Shown piece after piece: positions 29,220-39,759 of a DNA stretch of 64,000 bases (positions are counted from its first letter, which is position 1; every line of letters starts with the position of its first letter). A program made the translations under genes and the position numbers. A model generated the notes under the pieces. It searched no databases. It worked only from the letters and a program-made list of their open reading frames with translations, and was not told where the DNA came from. Origin of the DNA: Minutocellus sp. GHC0000111 (Eukaryota); assembly GCA_977018835.1 (NCBI GenBank), contig OZ361256.1, positions 5,890,001 to 5,954,000 of the forward strand, written 5' to 3'.

Positions 29220-32009
29220 CTATAATTCTTCCTCTTCTTCCTCTGCCTCGCCGTCGATGGCATCCTCACTATCTTCCTCGATAATATACGGTACATAAAT
29301 CCACTCAATGACAGCATCTGCATTGGAGCAAGGCGTCGAAATGAGCTGCTTTCCTGCCCAGAGCTTCAGCGGTAATTTGTCGTCGATCTTCTCGGCGGCA
29401 TCTATATCTTCTTGATCTGGTACCAATGTCTCTTCGTCGTCCATTGTATGCCTCTCAATTTTGGCATCCTCTTCCCAGTCATCGAAATCAGGCTCTCCTC
29501 GTCCCGAGACGGCGAAGCACATGTAAGGATCTTGCGACCGCCCCTTGCTCTTGATGCGGTCTATTATATGAAGTGGGACGTTAGCATGAATACTTCCTTT
29601 GGGTGTGACCTCGCCATCTCCAAAGGAAACAAACTGATTCCATCGGTGGACGCAAGGAAAAACATGAATGGGCCCACCTGGCTTCAACCGTTCGCTTTCA
29701 ATGTCGGTACATCGCCCCTTTCGTAGTCCGTCGACCTGCTTGAGCAAGCAACTTGGGCCGGTTCTGCTATGAAGGCCACGTGTAAAATTTTGCTCGCCGC
29801 TCTCTAGCCTCTCAAAATTGCCATCGGAACTGCATGGTCCGATCTCCCATCGATTGTGAGGTACGGTTTCCTCAATGATGACTGCACCAGTCTCCCACGT
29901 CGGTGCCAGAGTCGCAGCCACCCCCTCCCGAAAGCATGGAAAGAGACGAACCCGGTTCTTGGTCATTCCAAGACCCAAGCACAAGGGCTCTGCATCATTC
30001 AAAGTTTCCTTGGCCACAATCAGTACGCCCTCCCCCTCGAAGGACGTGTCAACAGGGTTCGGTGGGAGCGGAACATCAAAGCTATCGACGGCATTCTCCA
30101 AAATAAACTTCTCATCCCTAGCACGTTTGATATCGATAACGTCCTTGATATTGCTGTCCACGGCATCGTTGAATTTGCGAGCGAACAAATCGCCCGCCAA
30201 TTCCAAAACGGGCAGATAGTCCATCGTCGTTGTCGTCGGCGACCGGCCGCAGTGGTCGGGATCCTTCATCACGCACTTGCGCGGGTCGCGGCTTCCATCG
30301 TCGAGCTCGTTCTCCCACCGATCGAACTGCACGTGCAGAAAGTTGTTGTTGTGATGCTTGCCGCAGAATTTCGAGTGGCGCAGCGCCGTCCCAAAGAAGG
30401 ATTCGTCGGCCACCACCACATGCTCGGCATACTCGCGCAGATCATGCACGAGGGTACCCGGTGCGTCGTCGGCAATGTACTGGGCGAATTCTCGACTGAG
30501 GACGAACCACTGCGACGAGGTGTAAATGTCAATGCCCCAATTCAGATCATCCAGCGGCGTCAGCCGATATATCCGATGGAGGGCATCGTCACATTCGACA
30601 AAGTAGTTCCACGCCGCCGGTCCTGGATCACTGGGCTTGAAAACTACATGGACAAAATTTGCATCAAGGGGGTATGACGCCAACCGTCGTCGAATCTCTG
30701 CATTGGACGCAATGGGGTACGTCGTACTGGCCAGATGGACGAATTTGTGAAACTCCAGCGGTTCGTCCAGGGGATATCCATCGTGCGCAAAGCTGTACCG
30801 CATAATCTGGAGGGTGGCATTGACCAAGCTAAAGCCACCCCAGTTGGCCCGCACTCGGTAGGGATGAGGCAGAACATGAACGTACTCTCTCGTCGCCGCA
30901 TACTCCACCAGTGCATCGTAGGTCTCATCCGAGCTTTCTTTGCCATCCACGTGTACGACAAAGGTATATCCCTCCTCATACAACACATCTATCAACCGTA
31001 TCGTGGACTTGGGATCATTGTGCGTCAATATGGCATACAACAATTGAAGATCGTTGGCATCGTCCAAATACACGGCCGTATCGTTGGTCCCATCTCCCCG
31101 GGGGGGTTGGTACGTGCGATTCTGTATGTCCCCAATGGTCACCCCGTCGGGCAGATAGTCGAAATCGTACTTCTCTTCGTCGCATTCGCTGTAGAACTGC
31201 TCCTGATGGAAGGGCATCGACCCCTCCACGCCAATGGCATTGAGGAAGTACCCCATGTGCTCCCCGATCTTCCGACGGCATTCGTCCGAGTGGGCCCTGG
31301 CGGTGTACAGGTCGGTGAGTCTGTCGCGGGTGGATTTGAGGAGCTGGTCCATGACGGCCCTGGAGGCATCGGAGGCGGAGAGCGAGCCGAGGTTGAGATG
31401 GGACAGGTCCGTGTGCGTTTCGGCCCGTTGCTGATCCCACTGCGTCTTTGGTTTGGGTTGCTGAGGCTGTTGGGCATGTGCCTTGCGCGTTGTTGTGTGG
31501 TACTGCTGCTGCGTCTTCTTTTCGGGTTTGTCCATGGCTTGGGCAGTTGCATCTTTTGCGTTTTGTTGTTCGCCATCTGCTTGATGCGGTGGTGGGCCAT
31601 GTCGGACCGCCTCTTCCACGGTGGTGGCCTCATTGTTATTATTTTGCCCTGTCTCCTCTTGCTCCTTCGCATGTGCATCTATCTCAGCACCGCCAGCTTC
31701 ATTTTCAGTGCCAGTTCTACGACTGTACGCCCGATGCTTGTTGGCAGCCGCAGCGCCATGACGATCTGATCTATCACTGTCGGTCCTGGTCTTGACGTTG
31801 CCGCCCAGCGCCGTGTGCTCCTCATCGCCGGCACCATGCTCAGCGTGGGGTGCCCGCTGTGGCTCGTCGTGCTGGTTTTGCCTTTCGTGCGTCTGCTTTG
31901 CCGCCGCCAAGGCAACGATCACCGCCACGAGGAGCAAGAGCTGCCGACATGGGAACGACCTCCGTATCCTGGTACGTGGTGGCATCGCTTTTCCTGCCCT
32001 CGTTGTCAC
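29220..32009 (-). CDS. GT14 (Core-2/I-branching, xylosyltransferase-like) glycosyltransferase with a C-terminal Cys-containing, lectin-like region
   Basis: LLYAILTH, VVHVDGK, WGGFSLVNATL, HLASTTYPI, SQWFVLSREF, ADESFFGT and LFARKF motifs; signal/TM; 929 aa. Confidence 0.88.
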   Translation of the reverse strand: MTTRAGKAMPPRTRIRRSFPCRQLLLLVAVIVALAAAKQTHERQNQHDEPQRAPHAEHGAGDEEHTALGGNVKTRTDSDRSDRHGAAAANKHRAYSRRTGTENEAGGAEIDAHAKEQEETGQNNNNEATTVEEAVRHGPPPHQADGEQQNAKDATAQAMDKPEKKTQQQYHTTTRKAHAQQPQQPKPKTQWDQQRAETHTDLSHLNLGSLSASDASRAVMDQLLKSTRDRLTDLYTARAHSDECRRKIGEHMGYFLNAIGVEGSMPFHQEQFYSECDEEKYDFDYLPDGVTIGDIQNRTYQPPRGDGTNDTAVYLDDANDLQLLYAILTHNDPKSTIRLIDVLYEEGYTFVVHVDGKESSDETYDALVEYAATREYVHVLPHPYRVRANWGGFSLVNATLQIMRYSFAHDGYPLDEPLEFHKFVHLASTTYPIASNAEIRRRLASYPLDANFVHVVFKPSDPGPAAWNYFVECDDALHRIYRLTPLDDLNWGIDIYTSSQWFVLSREFAQYIADDAPGTLVHDLREYAEHVVVADESFFGTALRHSKFCGKHHNNNFLHVQFDRWENELDDGSRDPRKCVMKDPDHCGRSPTTTTMDYLPVLELAGDLFARKFNDAVDSNIKDVIDIKRARDEKFILENAVDSFDVPLPPNPVDTSFEGEGVLIVAKETLNDAEPLCLGLGMTKNRVRLFPCFREGVAATLAPTWETGAVIIEETVPHNRWEIGPCSSDGNFERLESGEQNFTRGLHSRTGPSCLLKQVDGLRKGRCTDIESERLKPGGPIHVFPCVHRWNQFVSFGDGEVTPKGSIHANVPLHIIDRIKSKGRSQDPYMCFAVSGRGEPDFDDWEEDAKIERHTMDDEETLVPDQEDIDAAEKIDDKLPLKLWAGKQLISTPCSNADAVIEWIYVPYIIEEDSEDAIDGEAEEEEEEL

Positions 32010-32277
32010 GTGCTGTGGCTGCCTCTCTGACGTTCACATGCATGGCTACATGGCTACCTAGGCCTAGCTAGGTACGGCTCCACTGCGATGGCTCGCGGGC
32101 CGTGATAACTTTTGGTGAGCCGGCTGGCTCGCTGCTCCCTATCGCTTCACTCGAAAATCAAATCACAAGCAAGACGTGAACCGCGCCAAGCGTGGAGATA
32201 CCACTCTTTGTGCTCTGTCCAATTCGATAATTAATTGCACGGTATCTATTTTCCTTTTTGCGAACTAGTCTAGAACC

Positions 32278-33258
32278 ATGGTCCGTACCAACAACTCCAA
32301 TAACAACAGCGGCGGTCCCGAAGACGCCGCCCTTCAGGTAGCCTCGTCCGTCCTGTCCAAACAATCCCAGTACACCGACGACCTGTCCCGCAAATTCCAC
32401 CCCCTGGCGTGCGATCTGGCCAGCCGCCTCCACGACGAGACCGGAGAGCTCGCCCAGGCCCTCCTCTCCTACGCGGCCGACGTGGACGAATCGCAAAACC
32501 ACGGTGATGCCGTCCTGAGCACCAAGATGGCCGCCTTCCTCGACGAGCAGCGCTCTCGGCTCAAGCGGCACGTCGTCCAGAACGCCAAGCGGGCCCGGGA
32601 CGTCGAGGCCTTTTGCGGTGCCGTCGGGGCCGTCCGGGATGACATTCGGATGAAGCGGCAGCACGTGGCCAACGCCCAGCTCGACAACGACGACGTGGAC
32701 GATGAAACCGCCAACGGTATTTTGGCCAAGTTCGACATGAAGAGCGGCGACGGGGTGGACTACGAGAAGACCATTTTGGACCAGATGAAGGAACGGACCG
32801 GTGACGATGGTGACGGTGATGGGAGCGAGGAAGAGGACCTCCAGCGATTCCAGTCCAACGCCATGGTACGGGAAATGCTGGAACGCCTCGGCGAGAAGGT
32901 CCAGGGAGGGGCCAAGACCACCGGCGAGGACGACGACGACGACCTGGAGATGGTCGGCGATGCCTCCGGGAACAACCACGGCGCCGACCTCAAGTGTCCC
33001 ATCCTCACCACGTATTACGGCCAGCCCCTCAAGAACACCAAGTGCGGACACGTCTACTCGAAGCAGGGCATCGAGCAGCACCTCCGGGGACACGGCCGGA
33101 AGAAGTGTCCCGTCGCCGGCTGTACCAACGACGACGTGCAGAAGCGTCAGCTCGTGGAGGACGTCGAGATGGCCATGCGGGTCAAGCGCTTCAAGAAGAA
33201 GGAGGAGCGGCAGAAGAGGGCCAAGATGTCCCAGCTGGACGACCTGGACGATGAGTAG
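32278..33258 (+). CDS. NSE2: E3 SUMO ligase NSE2/MMS21 (SP-RING), Smc5/6 subunit
   Basis: Helical N-terminus, acidic DDDDDLEMV, and SP-RING LKCPIL....QPLKNTKCGHVYSKQGI...KCPVAGC. Confidence 0.85.
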   Translation: MVRTNNSNNNSGGPEDAALQVASSVLSKQSQYTDDLSRKFHPLACDLASRLHDETGELAQALLSYAADVDESQNHGDAVLSTKMAAFLDEQRSRLKRHVVQNAKRARDVEAFCGAVGAVRDDIRMKRQHVANAQLDNDDVDDETANGILAKFDMKSGDGVDYEKTILDQMKERTGDDGDGDGSEEEDLQRFQSNAMVREMLERLGEKVQGGAKTTGEDDDDDLEMVGDASGNNHGADLKCPILTTYYGQPLKNTKCGHVYSKQGIEQHLRGHGRKKCPVAGCTNDDVQKRQLVEDVEMAMRVKRFKKKEERQKRAKMSQLDDLDDE

Positions 33259-33366
33259 ATCTAGATCGATTGAGGTACGTGTTACGGTTACCGTACGATG
33301 CATCGATTGCACCGCAGAGGGGAAAAAGGCGACCCCAAGGTTTGGGGTATCGTTGCATATATATAT

Positions 33367-33897
33367 GTTAGGCCCAAAATGCGCACTGTCCCAGTTCGCG
33401 AACTGGGATCCCAGTTTGCGAACTAGGATTTATTTATCCCAGTTTGGAAACTGGGATCATAGGCACAATCTCAGTTTGCAAACTGGGATCAATCGAGAAA
33501 TAATGAATATTTAGCATGGATGATATCGCCTTTGCTTCTCCTCGCTTCATTTTTTAATTTGCAAATTCAAGATGTGATGCACAGTGCAACTTGTATTGTA
33601 GATAGATCTACCAGTACATGTACAAAATAGTCGTTGTGCATGAGCCAACACCGGCGCGGCAGTTACCATTCTGGCACTTGCCGAGAACACCAGTTTCCAA
33701 ACTGGAATTTATTATTGTTCCAGTTCGCGAACTCGTCTGGTTCCCATATTCGGATTAGCTAATTTATCTCAGTTTACATTCTGGTAGTATCAGTGCGCAA
33801 ACTGGGATCCTAGTTTGGGAACTGGGGCCCAGTGCGCAAACTGGGATAAATGAATCTCAGGTTCGCGAACTGGGACAGTGCGCATTTTGGGACTAAC
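33367..33897. mobile_element. MITE (~530 bp) inserted in a (TA)n tract
   Basis: 37-bp TIR GTTAG(G/T)CCCAAAATGCGCACTGTCCCAGTTCGCGAAC with 1 mismatch; TATATA on both sides; ~10 internal near-palindromic CCAGTTyGCrAACTGG motifs. Confidence 0.9.
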
Positions 33898-33973
33898 ATA
33901 TATACGAATCTATCGTACGACTTGCCGAGCGCTATTGGCTACTGGTGCTCCGTCTACATGTAGTCTAGTAATG

Positions 33974-35395
33974 TCAGCGAGCGGTGGCGGTGTAAGAATC
34001 ACCGTGACTGCCCTTTTCCGGCAAAGTAAGCTTCATATTCTCCTTCCTCATCAGGCTCGCAATGTAAAGCAAGTACTGCGCCTTGAAGTAGTTGACGTTG
34101 GCCAAATGGTGTAACCCGTCCGAGGTTTGCGCCTCGGTGGTGAAGCTGGTCCAATCCACAATGGCAAACCCTTTCACGCCCTGCCTGAGGAATATGGCCT
34201 CCATCTCCCGGTTGAACCGCAGGACGTTCTCCCTCCGCTGGACGACGTACTTGGAATCCAGCGTTTCGGCCTGGACGCCCATGGAATTCCATGTGAAGGT
34301 CACGCTGCCCCTTTCGGCGCAATCCCGAACGGCCTCGAGCATCGGATGGATCAGCTCCCAATACGTCCGGGACGCTTCGACTTCGTAATGCAAGCCACCG
34401 TTGAGGATCAGGAGCAACCCCCTGTCATCACCGTCGCGGTCGCACTCAAAGTCAGCGAAAGCCGTCGCGTCGGCTACCTCACCCGCCTTTCGCGTGCGAT
34501 GGGTCGTCCGCACCTGCCCCCCCACGTCCAACCTGGGACAAAGTCCCCTCGTGTAGGGGACCAAGTTGTCGAACGTCGGGCTCGTCCTTCGGCAGTTGAC
34601 GTTCTCGCTGAACTGTCCGTCGCATCTGCACCCGTAGCCGGCATCGCCGGGGCCGCCGGACACGACCCCGCCGCGGACCAGGTCGTTCGACAGGGCCATG
34701 AGGAAGCCGGAGCGCAGGTGCCGGGCCAGGGAATCGCCCTCGATCGCCACGCGGCCGAACCGATTCACGACGTCTCACACCTCGTGCGGGGACAGCGCCA
34801 GGAGGTCGCACCCGCGCGGGACGAAGGTGGACGGCAGGGCCTGCCGCTCGGCGCTGCTCAGGCGGTCGGCGCGGAGGCGGGCGTCCCACACGCGCCTCCC
34901 GCCCCGCACGGCGGCGAGGGCGTCGGCCACCGTCCGGCAGCGCCCCTCGCCGCCCGGGCCGTGCTTGGGCACAAAGTCGGCCGGCCCAATCGAGAAGGGG
35001 CGGCGCTCCGAGCTGTCCTGGAGGTAGAAGTGATCGCCGCGGCCCAGGACCGTGTTGTGCTCGCGGCAATGCTCTAAGTCGGACGGGGGCGGGAAGAAGA
35101 CGGAAGACTTTTCGATGGTGGCCAGCCCTGGATCGAAGTTGGACGCGATTGCGGATGCGGATGCATTGTTTTGCTGTCGAGGCTGCTGCTGCTGCTGCTG
35201 CTGAGCACTGCCGAGGGCCACGTTGCCATAACGAAGCAGGCCCTCGAGGCGGCGGGAAAGTGACTGCGTTTGGTATGTGTATCTGTATGGACGGAGCTCA
35301 GGCTCGAGCAGCATGCCGGCGCCGACGAGGGCGGCGGTAGCGCCGGCTGCTGCTCGGAGCATCCTTGAGGACGGCGACGGCTTGTTACGCTTCAT
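33974..35395 (-). CDS. SGNH/PC-esterase-like (GDS...DxxH) type II membrane protein, putative polysaccharide O-acetyltransferase/esterase, with an in-frame TGA at 34777-34775
   Basis: Two ORFs in the same frame separated only by TGA: ...PRGCDLLALSPHEV*DVVNRFGRVAIEGDSLARH...NGGLHY...TSDGLHH. Confidence 0.7.
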
Positions 35396-35762
35396 GGCTT
35401 CGATGTTTCGCTCTTCTACTCTAATTGTAGGCTGTCTCTACTAGCTACTAGCTAGCTACGTAGCTATTACATGACAGCATGAGCGGCTCGCCCGCCCAGC
35501 TAGGATTCCTACGTAGGAATTCCTAGCCCGGGCCCATAAAATGACTCCGCTAGGGGCCATTGTCCGGAAAATGTCCGGAAAAAGTCGCTCTCTTTTCGTT
35601 CTGCAGTTCCGCGCCATGGCCGCCACCCGCCTTGTTCTTTTCTCCCTACATTTGTATTAATATTAGCTACTAGCTAGCTAGTCTAGTAGCAGCTAGAGCT
35701 CAGCCCAGGACAAAATCTAGCTAGTTCGTAGCTGATGCATCTCCTCTCATCACCTCGCTAGT

Positions 35763-37103
35763 ATGATGGCAGCGTCTTTTACTTTAGGGACCATGAGCGC
35801 CCCGCACTCGCTCCCCAAGACCAAGAAGCGCACCCAGACCCTTGTCGGCTGCGCCCTCCTCCTGGCAACAGCAGGCGTTGCCTTGTTCTCCTGCGACATC
35901 GGCAGTACTAGTGCTAGTACTGGCAGTATGCCCCCGCGTGGCAAACGCCTCCTCAGTGCTAGTGCGGTCCGCGGGGCCGACGGTTCTTCTACTAGTACTA
36001 GTAGAGAGCTAGCTAGAAGTAGTCGCCCTCGTCCTCGCAAACTAATCGTATTCTACTGCGGAGGCGAGGGGCATCCCGGCAGCATCGCGCGCTCCGTGTT
36101 TCCGGAGGCCGAAATCGAAGTAACCAACCAACCGACAAGAATCGACAAAGAAAATGTAGAGACGGCCTCCCCCGACGACATTCTCGTCGTTGAGAAGTAC
36201 GGCGGAAAAGGATGTCCCGAGCATTTCGATTTTGACTCGTACCTCTACGACTTTCCGGGCATTACGCTTCACTTCAACAGCGAACCTTTCGACGTGCCGT
36301 GCATGGAGCAGTTCGACGGCGTCAATCCGTACCCGGCCTGCGAGAAGACATACAATCGCGTCCCCCCCGGCGACCGTGTCTTTGTGCTCGGGCCAAGAGC
36401 GAGCCCCCATCCAAGAGCGATGAAGCTCACGTACCTGGCCAGGCAGGCCTGGCAACGCGGGGAATACAAAGACCTTGCCGGGCCCCGGCCGCGCAACACG
36501 GGGGAGCACTTCCTCCTCTACGCGGCCTCGCACTACATTCACTTCCGAGAAGAGGCGGCCAGGAACATATCCCAGACGATTGCCCCCATCCACTACGCGG
36601 GGAAGTGCCAGGGAAGTCCGCTTCCAGCTGAGCCGTCCAGCTTTTACGTCGCCTGCACCGGCACGAATCCACGGGCCGTGCCCGCCCCCAAGATGAGCGA
36701 ATACGAGCATGCGGGTATGGTGGGCAACAAAGTGCTCTTTCACGATTATCGATTCGGCCTTGTGCTAGAGAACTCCCTTCTCGATGGTTACATAACCGAA
36801 AAAATACTATTTGCCTTCCTTGCAGGGACTGTCCCAGTATATTATGGCACCAAGGAGATATTTGACATCTTCAACAAGGACGCCTTTATATATTACGACA
36901 TCCACGATCCTCAGCCGGCCCTGGACAGAATACGGTACCTAGAAGAACATCCCGAGGCCTACGATCTGGTTCTGCAGCAACCGATTCTGGCCAATGGAGA
37001 AAAGACGATTGAGGATTATTTCTCCTTTGACGATGCCGTTGGAGGTGGCAAGCTGAAGCAGAAGATTCGAGAAATGGTCGGATGGTCGGTTGGAAGTGAA
37101 TAA
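35763..37103 (+). CDS. GT10 alpha-1,3/4-fucosyltransferase-like protein
   Basis: YRFGLVLENSLLDGYITEKILFAFLAGTVPVYYG signature; N-terminal TM. Confidence 0.9.
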   Translation: MMAASFTLGTMSAPHSLPKTKKRTQTLVGCALLLATAGVALFSCDIGSTSASTGSMPPRGKRLLSASAVRGADGSSTSTSRELARSSRPRPRKLIVFYCGGEGHPGSIARSVFPEAEIEVTNQPTRIDKENVETASPDDILVVEKYGGKGCPEHFDFDSYLYDFPGITLHFNSEPFDVPCMEQFDGVNPYPACEKTYNRVPPGDRVFVLGPRASPHPRAMKLTYLARQAWQRGEYKDLAGPRPRNTGEHFLLYAASHYIHFREEAARNISQTIAPIHYAGKCQGSPLPAEPSSFYVACTGTNPRAVPAPKMSEYEHAGMVGNKVLFHDYRFGLVLENSLLDGYITEKILFAFLAGTVPVYYGTKEIFDIFNKDAFIYYDIHDPQPALDRIRYLEEHPEAYDLVLQQPILANGEKTIEDYFSFDDAVGGGKLKQKIREMVGWSVGSE

Positions 37104-37368
37104 AGCTCGATGGACGATGGGCGTGTAGTAGAAATTTAAATGAGTGGATCTGAATCCTCTGGACTAGAAAGTTCCGTGGCAGGTAAAATTCAAGTGTAAA
37201 TCATTCCCCAATATATATAAATTGACGGACGACTTTCTCTACAAATTTATACGCAGTGCATACGTATGCAAGTTGAGTGGTACTCTACAAAGAGACATGT
37301 CAGCGCGAGGGAGATTATTCTCGCCTGCCGCTGCTGCATCTCTTGATACATTTTCATCTACATGAGTG

Positions 37369-39451
37369 CTATCGGAACACCTTCAAGGCAAAGTCATCGT
37401 CCAGGGCACCTCCTATCAAATAAAGATAGTCTTGCAAATGGTGCTGGTACAACGAACTGGGACTGCTCAGCTTCTTGAAGGCACGCTTCTCGGCCCGTCG
37501 GACGTGCTCGGCCTTGATCATGTCGCCGCAGATGGCGGCCACCTCGTTGGCCGTGCGGGTTTTGCCATCGTCCAGACCGAGGCGGAGGCGGACGCCGTCT
37601 CGTTCGTGCGGAGACAGCTCGGTGGCCAGGGCATTCTCCAAGCTTTGCCGGAGGAAGGAGAGTTCGACAAATTCTTCTGGTCGGGGTTCGTTGCTGAAAG
37701 TAATTGTGGTGAAAAAGTGGGAAGAGGGGTGGGCAAGTGTGAGATTGAAAATGACTCGAAACAATTGTAGGCTTGGTGGCAAAAGGATTCTATCCACGAA
37801 CGTCCACAAATAAATAATAAAACTCACCACACCAGAGTATCGCCAATGCAAAGGTCGTTGTTGCCGACTCCGATCTCGCCGGCGCTACTTCCACGCAATT
37901 TGGACTGACCATCCACTGGTTGGTCAATGGAAAATAAGCTTTCCGTCGCCGACAGGGCATAACGTAACCTCTTGACCGACGTCCCGAACTCCTCCGCAAA
38001 GTCCTCCAGGGGGGGGGGGGGATGGGCCTACCTTCTCGCGTAAGTTTAGCAATGGCCTTCAAATATCGATTCTTGAGGAGGTGAAATTGTGCCGGTAGCT
38101 TGAGTGGGCCGGTCTTGGCCGTCTGGAAGGAAATTCTCACATAGTTTTGGATCCACCAAGTCGAGTAGGTGGAAAATTTGAGACCCTTCTCGTAGTCATA
38201 CTTGTCGATCGCACGGGAGAGACCTAATATACCCTCCTGGATCACTTCGTCCAGTGATGGGCGATCCCATCCACCTTCGTATAGCTCACGTAGGTTGCCA
38301 CTGCCATTGGCCATCTGCGTTGGGTTGCCCTTTATCCATTTCTTGGCGATGCTAACGACGAGGCGGATATTGCACTTCATGAGCTCTCGACGTGCCTCGG
38401 CGCCCACCCGTAATGTGGTGCGGGCCTCCGCTTTTCCACCCCCAACGCCCAGTATTTCTATGACTTCTTCGTTGCTCAGTTCAGCAAGATCTCGCTCCAC
38501 TCGGCCCACGGCGAATTTCGATCCCTCTTGTAAGGCAATGGGAATATCATCATCTGCATCGCGGTTGCGGTTGTTGTACATGTAGCCCATGCCATCAACC
38601 TCGGCGATTTCACCAGTATCTTGGTCCATTATGGTAAACCCACCATCTTCCGACATGATCATATTGTTGTCGTCGTCGTCGCTGTTTTGAGATCTTTCGT
38701 CGCCTTGCACCAGAGAAAACGAGCTGCCCATGCCCAGCTGGAACAGTTCCTCATCCGACGGCAGAAACTGCACATTGGCATCCTCCTGAGGCAAGTCCCA
38801 TTTGTCGTAATCGCCCATATCCGCCATCCCTCCCGCAACCTGCCGCCTTCGATCGCCGTAGAGCTCCCTCTCCACCCTCCGATTGTCCGCCAGGTCGGTC
38901 AGCTTGTCGCGCAGGGCGGTCGCCGCGGCGATCTGCCGGCCGAGCTCGAGCTCCTCCTCTCGGCTTAGGACGCGATGGTCGAGCATCTCCGTCCTCTGGT
39001 ACCACGAGAAATCAGCCTTGGTGGATGGTCGGCCAACTCGCTTTCGTCGAGGAGTGGCAACTGGAGATTTGCGACGGCTGCTATTTGTTTGCTGCTCCGC
39101 GCTTTGCTTGGTGTTGGTCGTGCTGATGGTCGCTTTCGCCGCAGAAGACGTGCCGCTTCTGCGTTTGCGCCGGGTTTTATTATCGTCGCTGATCCTGGTC
39201 GCTTTGGGTTTTGCCGCCAATTGTAAAGATACCCGCACGTTATTACATCGCCCTAAATGGTCCCCAAATGCATAACTCGAACAGGTCGATCTTTCGTCCA
39301 TTCGAGCACCTCTTCTCCGGACAGCTGTTGCCGAATTCGTCAATCGATGCGCTGGCGGAGATGAATTTTTCCGACCTGATTGAAATGCCTCGGAAAAAGA
39401 TACCAGGGCGCACACACTCGATAGGAGCGCTAGACGAGAACAGCCCGCCAT
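37369..39451 (-). CDS. Nucleus-encoded plastid RNA polymerase sigma-70 factor; frameshift in the 13-nt G run (38009-38021); intron 37827-37694
   Basis: Bipartite signal MAGCSRLALLSSVCALVSFSEAF; region 1.2 VLSREEELELGRQI; region 2 NIRLVVSIAKK...IQEGILGLSRAIDKYDYEKGLKFSTYSTWWI; region 4 LSPHERDGVRLRLGLDDGKTRT...VRRAEKRAFKKL. Confidence 0.9.
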
Positions 39452-39759
39452 GTTGCACATCTTGGAACGGTTGGGTCGGGTTGCAATGGACGCAGTACCG
39501 TCGTCCGTTCCGATAATTCGCCTCATGGTCCGACCACAGACCACAGAAGGGTTTTGCGGGCGAGCTGGCGGGATCAAAATTCGGGAACAGTCTGTCCGTC
39601 TGTCCTCACAAGTCTTGGTCGTCTTGGTAGCACATCGGTCCGATCCCATCACATGTGCATCAAAAGCAAGCAGAGGGAAGTCAAAGCACAGCTGGTCGGT
39701 CAAACATGTTTGGACACTCTATTTCTTGAGCTACGTAGCTAGACTGACCGTATACATTA

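Noticed and set aside
33391..33873. CRISPR-like array of palindromic repeats
   Set aside because: Spacing is irregular, the motifs are degenerate 16-mers enclosed by TIRs, the context is eukaryotic, and there are no cas genes.
33898..33973. SECIS element downstream of the TGA-containing gene
   Set aside because: No AUGA...AA...GA kink-turn stem could be seen in this interval by eye.
37369..39703. Bacterial contamination or recent HGT suggested by a sigma-70 gene
   Set aside because: It has a spliceosomal intron and a bipartite plastid signal; nucleus-encoded plastid sigma factors are normal in algae.
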